Origin: Alphaproteobacteria bacterium
Lineage (GTDB): Bacteria > Pseudomonadota > Alphaproteobacteria > UBA11222
Direction of reading: 5' to 3'
Assembly: GCA_038318895.1 (NCBI GenBank)
Contig: JBBQCS010000001.1
Span: 9,495 to 73,494, forward strand
Length of the DNA: 64,000 bases
This document shows positions 57,982 to 64,000 of this stretch, in pieces; position 1 is the first letter of the stretch, and each line of letters opens with the position of its first letter. Made by a program: the position numbers and the translations under genes. The notes under the pieces are model-generated. The model saw only the letters and a program-made list of their open reading frames with translations, did no database searches and was not told the DNA's origin.

Positions 57982-58079
57982 CAAATAAACCGCTGGACGC
58001 AGTGGCCCGCCGGGGTGCTAGACTATGCGCGTTAGTTGCGCATGCGTATCCGGCCGGTCAGGCCTGAACCATAATAATA

Positions 58080-59291
58080 ATGGAGACGCCCATGCCCGCG
58101 TTAGAATCCATGCGTGTACTCGATTTCACCCAGTGGGAGGCCGGGCCAAGCTGTTCCATGCTGCTCGCCTGGCTGGGTGCCGATGTGGTGAAGCTCGAAC
58201 CTCCTGGTGGTGAAATCGCCCGCAAGGTGCTTGGCGTCGGGCCTGGGGACAGCCAGTATTTTCTCAATTACAACGCCAACAAGCGCGGCATTGCGATCAA
58301 TCTTAAAACGAAAAAAGGCCGCCAGCTGCTTCTGGATATGATCCCGCAGTTTGATGTGTTTGTAGAAAATCAGGGACCAGGGGTGGTCGAGAATCTCAAG
58401 CTGGAACCGGAAGTCCTGCAGGCGCTTAACCCAAAGCTGATTTACGCCCGCATCAAGGGGTATGGCCTGAGCGGTCCCTATAGCGAATATAAAAGCTTTG
58501 ACCCCCTGGCCCAGGCCGCAAGCGGCGTGTTTTCCATGACCGGGGCTGCGGACGGACCGCCCATGCCGCCCGGCGCGTCATTCGCCGATACCGGCACTGG
58601 GATAACCGCGGCGCTGGGCATTGTCGCCGCCTATGTGCAGCAGCAGCGCACGGGCAAGGGCCAGGTGATCGAGTTGTCCATGCATGAAGTGATGACCATG
58701 TTCATCCGCACCATGACGGCAACGCATTGGGGTCCCGAAAGCGCGCCCGCGCCGCGGCGGAACCATGATGGCTTTCCGCCCTCTGGCATATACCGCTGCA
58801 AGGGGGGCGGGCCGAACGACTATGCGGTGATACTCATCGTGCTGCCCCGCATGTGGCATGCGCTGTGTGATGCGATTGGCCACCCGGAACTGAAGGACGA
58901 TCCGCGTTACGCCAATCCGGCGGAGCGCTTCAAAAACGAAGTGGAGCTGAAAGCAATTATTGGCGCGTGGATGGCGGAGCGCGACAATCGTGAGGTCATG
59001 CGGATTCTGGGCGAGGCCGGCGTTCCGGTAAGCGCGACATTTGACACCCAGCAAATGTTCAACGATCCGCACCTTATCGCGCGCGACTTTTTCAAAAAAG
59101 TGCCGCATCCTGAAAAAGGTGAGATCATGATGATGCGCTCACCCATCCGGCTTTCGGATTCCGACGTGCCGATAATCGCTGCTCCGCTTGCCGGACAACA
59201 TACGGCGCAGGTGCTGCAGAAGGAACTGGGGCTAAAAGACGATGAAATCGCCGCACTGATGAATGACGGCGTCATAGCAGGAGGAAATTGA
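58080..59291 (+). CDS. CaiB/BaiF family III CoA-transferase (formyl-CoA transferase-like)
   Basis: MRVLDFTQWEAGPSC..LGADVVKLEPPGG N-terminus typical of family III CoA transferases; 403 aa. Confidence 0.8.
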   Translation: METPMPALESMRVLDFTQWEAGPSCSMLLAWLGADVVKLEPPGGEIARKVLGVGPGDSQYFLNYNANKRGIAINLKTKKGRQLLLDMIPQFDVFVENQGPGVVENLKLEPEVLQALNPKLIYARIKGYGLSGPYSEYKSFDPLAQAASGVFSMTGAADGPPMPPGASFADTGTGITAALGIVAAYVQQQRTGKGQVIELSMHEVMTMFIRTMTATHWGPESAPAPRRNHDGFPPSGIYRCKGGGPNDYAVILIVLPRMWHALCDAIGHPELKDDPRYANPAERFKNEVELKAIIGAWMAERDNREVMRILGEAGVPVSATFDTQQMFNDPHLIARDFFKKVPHPEKGEIMMMRSPIRLSDSDVPIIAAPLAGQHTAQVLQKELGLKDDEIAALMNDGVIAGGN

Positions 59292-59292
59292 G

Positions 59293-60945
59293 ATGGCGAA
59301 GATTAGCGGATCGACACTGATGGCCCGTGCGCTGAAGCAGCAGGGCGTACAATATATGTTTGGCATTGTCGGGTTTCCGGTGATCCCGATCGCCATGGCC
59401 GCGCAGCGTGAAGGCATAACCTATATTGGTATGCGCAACGAACAATCCGCCAGCTATGCGGCGCAGGCGGCAGGCTATATGACCGGGCGGCCACAGGCCT
59501 GTCTGGTGGTGTCGGGTCCCGGTGTGGTGCACGGGCTGGCGGGGCTGGCCAATGCGCAATCCAACTGCTGGCCGATGATATTGATCGGCGGCGCTTCGTC
59601 GGTGGAACAAAATGGCATGGGAGCCTTCCAGGAAGAACGCCAGGTCATGCTGGCGTCCCCGTTGTGCAAGTATGCGCATGCGGTGGAAAAGGTTGAGCGC
59701 ATCCCGTTTTATGTCGAGCAGGCGGTGCGCGCGTCGCTGTTTGGCCGGCCGGGTGCGGCCTATCTGGATATGCCGGATGACGTGATTACAGGGGAAGTGG
59801 AAGAGGACAACGTCCACATCGCCGCAACCGTCGGAGAGCCGCCGCGCAGCCTGGCCCCGCAAGAAAGCATAGACGCTGCGCTGGACGCATTGCAAAGCGC
59901 CAAGCGGCCGCTGATTATTGTCGGCAAGGGCATGGCCTGGTCGCGCGCCGAAGACGAAGTGCGGCAATTGATCGAACGCACCCAGGTGCCGTTTCTGGCA
60001 ACTCCCATGGGCAAGGGCGTCGTGCCGGACGATCATCCGCTATCTGTTGGCGGCGCGCGTTCGCATGCCCTGCAGGAAGCCGATCTGATTTTCCTGCTTG
60101 GTGCACGGTTGAACTGGATTTTGCATTTTGGTCTGCCGCCGCGTTACGCCAAGGATGTGCGGGTCGTGCAACTGGATATTAGTCCCGAGGAAATCGGCAA
60201 CAACAAGGCGGCGGAAATAGCCCTTGTTGGGGATGGCAAATCAATCGTCGGGCAACTGAACCAGGGTCTTACGGCGCGGCAATGGTTCTACCCCGCGGAA
60301 ACATCCTGGCGTCAGGCGATCGCCGCAAAAATCAAGGGCAATCAGGAAACGGTCGCGCCGATGATCGCCGACAACACTTCGCCGGTGAATTATTACCGCG
60401 CGTTCCGGGACATTACGGCGCGTATTCCGCGCAACGCCATCATTGTCGGCGAGGGCGCCAACACGATGGATATTGGCCGTACCCAGATGCCTAATTTCGA
60501 GCCACGGTCCCGCCTCGATGCGGGCAGCTATGGCACCATGGGCATCGGGCTTGGTTTTGCCATCGCCGCCGCCGCCGTACATCCCGACCGTCCGATTGTC
60601 GTCGTGCAGGGTGACAGCGCGTTTGGGTTTTCCGGGATGGAGTTTGAGACCGCCGCGCGCTATGGCATGCCGATCAAGGTCATTATTCTCAATAATGGCG
60701 GCATTGGCGGCGGCGTTCCCGATCAAAAGCCGGGAAGGCCGTTACCCCCGCACGGGCTTTCCTATGACGCGCGGTATGAACGCATCGCGGAGGCCTTTGG
60801 GGGCGCGGGTTATTATGTAACCGACGAAGCGGAACTTGGCCCTGCTCTGGATGCGGCCATGGCGTTCAAAGGCCCGGCGATCGTGAACGTAAAAATCGCC
60901 GCGATGGCAAACCGCAAGCCGCAACAGTTCAATTGGCATGGCTGA
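59293..60945 (+). CDS. Thiamine-diphosphate enzyme of the oxalyl-CoA decarboxylase / 2-hydroxyacyl-CoA lyase family
   Basis: ThDP motif GDSAFGFSGMEFETAARYGMPIKVIILNNGG; 550 aa. It starts 2 nt after the CoA-transferase stop. Confidence 0.75.
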   Translation: MAKISGSTLMARALKQQGVQYMFGIVGFPVIPIAMAAQREGITYIGMRNEQSASYAAQAAGYMTGRPQACLVVSGPGVVHGLAGLANAQSNCWPMILIGGASSVEQNGMGAFQEERQVMLASPLCKYAHAVEKVERIPFYVEQAVRASLFGRPGAAYLDMPDDVITGEVEEDNVHIAATVGEPPRSLAPQESIDAALDALQSAKRPLIIVGKGMAWSRAEDEVRQLIERTQVPFLATPMGKGVVPDDHPLSVGGARSHALQEADLIFLLGARLNWILHFGLPPRYAKDVRVVQLDISPEEIGNNKAAEIALVGDGKSIVGQLNQGLTARQWFYPAETSWRQAIAAKIKGNQETVAPMIADNTSPVNYYRAFRDITARIPRNAIIVGEGANTMDIGRTQMPNFEPRSRLDAGSYGTMGIGLGFAIAAAAVHPDRPIVVVQGDSAFGFSGMEFETAARYGMPIKVIILNNGGIGGGVPDQKPGRPLPPHGLSYDARYERIAEAFGGAGYYVTDEAELGPALDAAMAFKGPAIVNVKIAAMANRKPQQFNWHG

Positions 60946-62254
60946 GTCGGTCGAGCAGCTTTCCGTAAAGGATCGTCTGTTCGCGCAATGGCGCCGTCCG
61001 GATCGAGCGCACACGTTTAGCGGTTGGAAAATAACCGGGGCGTTGTGCGCCATCTATTTTCTTTCTATAGGCGTAACTTATTACGGGTACGCGGCAATTC
61101 TCCCATCCATGATTCTCGATCTTGGCTGGACAAGGGGCGACGCGAGCCTCGGCTTCGCCTTGCTAAGCATTGTGATCGGGATCGCTGGCCCGTTGGCGGC
61201 GTATTCTATCCGGCGGATCGGCGCGCGTAATACCATCATTGCAGGTGGCGCCGTCAATGCCCTGGGCGCGCTGATCACCTATTTCACGGATTCATTGCTG
61301 CAATATTATGTGGGGGTTGGCGTTGTTATGGCGGTGGGTATAACATTTCAGACCCTTGTCCCCGCCGGGCAGGTGCTGGCCAACTGGTTTATGCAGCGCC
61401 GCGCCCTGACCATGGGGATGTTTCTCTCGATGGGCGGATTTGGCGCGTTTATTTCCACGCCAGCCTTTGCGTACCTCGCCACGGCGACGGGCGATTGGCG
61501 CGGCGCATGGCTGGTCATGGCTTGTTCGGCGCTTCTGGCCTCGCTGATCGCCTATCTATTTGTGCATAATCATCCAGACGATCTGGGACAGCATCAGGAC
61601 GGCGTGGACCCTTCTTTGCCTCCCGCGCCGGCGGGCAAGACTCGAAGAATGCCCGCTGTCTATCAGACTGCGTATCAATGGACGATGCGAGAGGCGGTTC
61701 GCACACGGGCATTCTGGACAATTATCACCGCGGCGAGCATCGCGACGATGGGGTTGTCCCTTAGCACCAGTCAGGCGCTGATTTATTTACATCAAGACCG
61801 TGGGATTGATGCGGTGCTTGCGGCGTCGGCGCTGGGAACCGTTGGTCTGATGGGGGCTGTTGGACGATTGTCTGGCGGGGTGCTCGGCGATCATTTTGAA
61901 CCGCGCTATATCATGGCGGCAGGATTGACGCTCTTGCTGGTTGGCATGGTGTTGCTGAATTATACGGACAGTGTCGTACTGGTCTATGCTTACGCGATTT
62001 CTCTTGGTTTCGGATACGGCCTGTCATACGTATCCCTGCCGACCCTTGTCGCCAATTATTTCAGCGCGCATGATTACGCGAGACTCATCGCGACCAGTTA
62101 TTTCGTGGTTGTACCGATTAGCGCGATAGCACCGATCGCCGCCGGTTATACCTATGATCAAGTGCATAGTTATACCATCATATTCCTGGGGTTCTCAGTG
62201 CTTACAGTCGTGCCCATTGTGATGATGATGATGCTTCGGCCACCCGTCCGCTAG
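60938..62254 (+). CDS. MFS transporter (OxlT-like oxalate/formate antiporter family candidate)
   Basis: 12-TM MFS topology; overlaps the ThDP-enzyme stop by 8 nt. Confidence 0.7.
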   Translation: MAESVEQLSVKDRLFAQWRRPDRAHTFSGWKITGALCAIYFLSIGVTYYGYAAILPSMILDLGWTRGDASLGFALLSIVIGIAGPLAAYSIRRIGARNTIIAGGAVNALGALITYFTDSLLQYYVGVGVVMAVGITFQTLVPAGQVLANWFMQRRALTMGMFLSMGGFGAFISTPAFAYLATATGDWRGAWLVMACSALLASLIAYLFVHNHPDDLGQHQDGVDPSLPPAPAGKTRRMPAVYQTAYQWTMREAVRTRAFWTIITAASIATMGLSLSTSQALIYLHQDRGIDAVLAASALGTVGLMGAVGRLSGGVLGDHFEPRYIMAAGLTLLLVGMVLLNYTDSVVLVYAYAISLGFGYGLSYVSLPTLVANYFSAHDYARLIATSYFVVVPISAIAPIAAGYTYDQVHSYTIIFLGFSVLTVVPIVMMMMLRPPVR

Positions 62255-62291
62255 CCGGTGGCCTTCAGTTGTTTTATGCGTCAACGCATGA

Positions 62292-63182
62292 TCAGACCGC
62301 TCTAGCCGCCTTTAAGGTCGCGCGCACTTCGGTGGGGGTGGCAAGCGTGCCGCCAGCAGTAGTGATGGCTTTTACGGCGGCCTCGGCGATCTGGACATTG
62401 GTCTGGGTGCTGCCATGACGGCCATCCTCCAGGCCCACGCGCACATGCCCGCCCAACTGAACCGCCTGCGCCAGGATTGGCGACAAATCGACATCCAGCC
62501 CGGCGATCATCCACGGCGCATTGGGCGCTTCTTCTTTCAGCAGTTCGTGGAATGCGGTCAGCGCGTAATCGCGCGGCGGATAGCTGAAGGTGAAATGATC
62601 GCTGAACATCAGCCGGTAGATGGGCTGCCCCGCCCTGGGCTGTTCGGCGGCCAGCCGGGCGCCCATGCGGATAAAGCCCGGTTCATAACAGGCATAGGCC
62701 ATCGGTACGCCGTGTTCGGCGGAAATGCGCAACCCGGCGCGCACATGGGCGGCGGTGTTGGCGTATAGAAATCCGTCACGGCCCGCCTTCAAATCCCGTT
62801 CATGGGCAAAATTCATGGAGCCGGGATCCAGTGCGCCCCATTCACACAGCCCCCGGTCCGCCAGCCCCTTCAGCGCCGCAAACCGGTCCGCTGCGCCCTT
62901 GGTGCCGGCGATATCCGAATTATCATCGGCGGGCAGGGTGGGATAGACAATGGCGTCGCTATGTTCGCGGACCCCCGCGACGATAGCCGCGTATAATTCC
63001 GGGTCATCCTTCTGCCTGCCTGTGGCTTCGTCATAGGAATGAAAATGAATGATCGCGGCGCCCGCCTTGATGCAGGCCAGCGCGTCACTGACGATTTCCT
63101 TGACGGTTATTGGCAGATGGGGTTGCACTCTCCGCCCCCAGGGGCCGTTGACCGCAACTTCCAGCCAGGTCTTGTGCGTCAT
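62292..63182 (-). CDS. 3-keto-5-aminohexanoate cleavage enzyme family (BKACE/DUF849) protein
   Basis: The N-terminal LEVAVNG and IIHFHSYD blocks are typical of DUF849 TIM-barrel beta-keto-acid cleavage enzymes. Start at the ATG at 63182 (MTHKTW..). Confidence 0.7.
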   Translation of the reverse strand: MTHKTWLEVAVNGPWGRRVQPHLPITVKEIVSDALACIKAGAAIIHFHSYDEATGRQKDDPELYAAIVAGVREHSDAIVYPTLPADDNSDIAGTKGAADRFAALKGLADRGLCEWGALDPGSMNFAHERDLKAGRDGFLYANTAAHVRAGLRISAEHGVPMAYACYEPGFIRMGARLAAEQPRAGQPIYRLMFSDHFTFSYPPRDYALTAFHELLKEEAPNAPWMIAGLDVDLSPILAQAVQLGGHVRVGLEDGRHGSTQTNVQIAEAAVKAITTAGGTLATPTEVRATLKAARAV

Positions 63183-63320
63183 GGTTTTCCTCACATCGCA
63201 TTTTTTCGCAGCTTGAACCGTTTTCAGATGTAATTCAACCAACTCTATCATCCTTGACAGGACGCCTCTGCACCTATGAAATGAGCCTTAACAAGAAATC
63301 TTTTCGGGAGAGGAATGCGC

Positions 63321-64000
63321 CATGCGTGACGGATACAAGATCGTTGATACCGATTGCCACCAGATGGAAAATCAATCCGTATGGTCGGATTATATCGATG
63401 CGCCTTTCAAGGGACGCGAACCAAAGCCCGCCGAATATAAAGGCAAAAAATATTTCTGCGTCGAGGGGGAGCCAGTACAGCCGCCCGAGGAAGAAGGCCA
63501 TTATCCAATGCACGCCCCGGAATTCCTGGACGCGGTGAACAAGGCGATGCAACGTTTCAAGCGCGCCCGCGACACACGTTTCAGCCCGGAAAGCCGTCTG
63601 ATGGACATGGACGAAGAAGGCGTTGATATCCAGATCATGTACCCGACCATTGGCGGACAAATTCTGGGACGCGAATTCAAGGACCCGGAGCTGCTGGCCG
63701 CCATCTGCCGCGCCTATAATGACTGGAGCCGGGAATATTGTTCAAAAGATCCCAAACGCCTGCGCTGGGCGGCGATGCTGCCACTGCAGGCGACCGGCCT
63801 GGCGATCGAAGAGGCAAAACGCGCGGCAAGCAACGGCGCTGTGTCATTCTATGTACGGCCCAATCCAATCTGTGGCCGGGGCCTGCATCATCCCGAAAAT
63901 TGGCCGCTCTGGGATGTCGTGGAAAAACTGAACATTCCGCTTAGCCTGCATGATAGCGGGTCACCACGCATCCCCTCATTTGGCGATCGCATGGAATCTC
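63321..64000 (+). CDS. Amidohydrolase-2 family metal-dependent hydrolase, N-terminal fragment (3' end outside window)
   Basis: Not in the ORF track because there is no in-window stop. The ATG at 63321 follows GGAGAGGAA. The translation MRDGYKIVDTDCHQME.. has the N-terminal metal-binding D-x-H of PF04909-type amidohydrolases. Confidence 0.6.

Noticed and set aside
62255-62291. ATGCGT-CA-ACGCAT palindrome between the convergent MFS and BKACE genes as a bidirectional terminator
   Set aside because: The stem is short, the loop is only 2-4 nt and there is no U-tract. It could equally be a chance palindrome or a protein-binding site.
1-64000. Search for CRISPR arrays, rRNA/tRNA genes, IS elements and integrases
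   Set aside because: There are no arrays of short regularly spaced repeats. No intergenic region is long enough for rRNA and none shows tRNA-like cloverleaf signatures that I could discern. No transposase- or integrase-like ORF translations were found.

Overview
This is a 64-kb chromosomal segment of a high-GC (about 58-60%) bacterium whose gene content looks alphaproteobacterial (ELM1-like, Tam41-like, NrtR-nadABC, plant-type gshA, CobD/CbiB). Coding density is high: I call about 60 CDSs, many of them overlapping at start and stop codons in operons. I found no rRNA, tRNA, CRISPR array, transposase or integrase. All identifications rest on motifs read from the ORF translations; no database search was possible. 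The recognisable blocks are:
- A fatty-acid/CoA-metabolism cluster at 1.5-10.7 kb (DUF35 + SCP2-type thiolase, SDR, acyl-CoA ligase, PaaI thioesterase, hydrolases).
- gshA, then a tightly coupled ubiA / desaturase-like / methyltransferase / ubiD operon.
- pmbA and an IMPase-family gene, followed by a wbpM/wbpL-like pair.
- nrtR-nadA-nadB-nadC with a perfect 21-bp palindrome in the nadA promoter.
- An Lrp-controlled divergent operon of an ELM1/GtrOC1-like protein, a 2OG-Fe(II) oxygenase and a 659-aa unknown protein with an internal tandem repeat.
- HMG-CoA lyase, xthA and panBC.
- A large lipid/glycan locus at 37.7-51.8 kb: a Tam41-like nucleotidyltransferase, a DAGK-type lipid kinase and a CDP-alcohol phosphatidyltransferase in one operon; a six-gene glycosyltransferase / phosphatase / deacetylase operon; a methyltransferase; and a 934-aa ABC-like protein with a fully degenerate NBD, a cNMP-binding protein and a thioesterase.
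- A Lon-like protease with a coupled Usp-like gene; cobD/cbiB; an frc/oxc/MFS oxalate-type module; a BKACE-family gene; and a truncated amidohydrolase at the window end.
The most novel-looking candidates are the Tam41-like/kinase/CDP-alcohol-transferase operon with its adjacent glycosyltransferase and degenerate-ABC genes, and the ELM1-like/oxygenase/unknown-protein operon.
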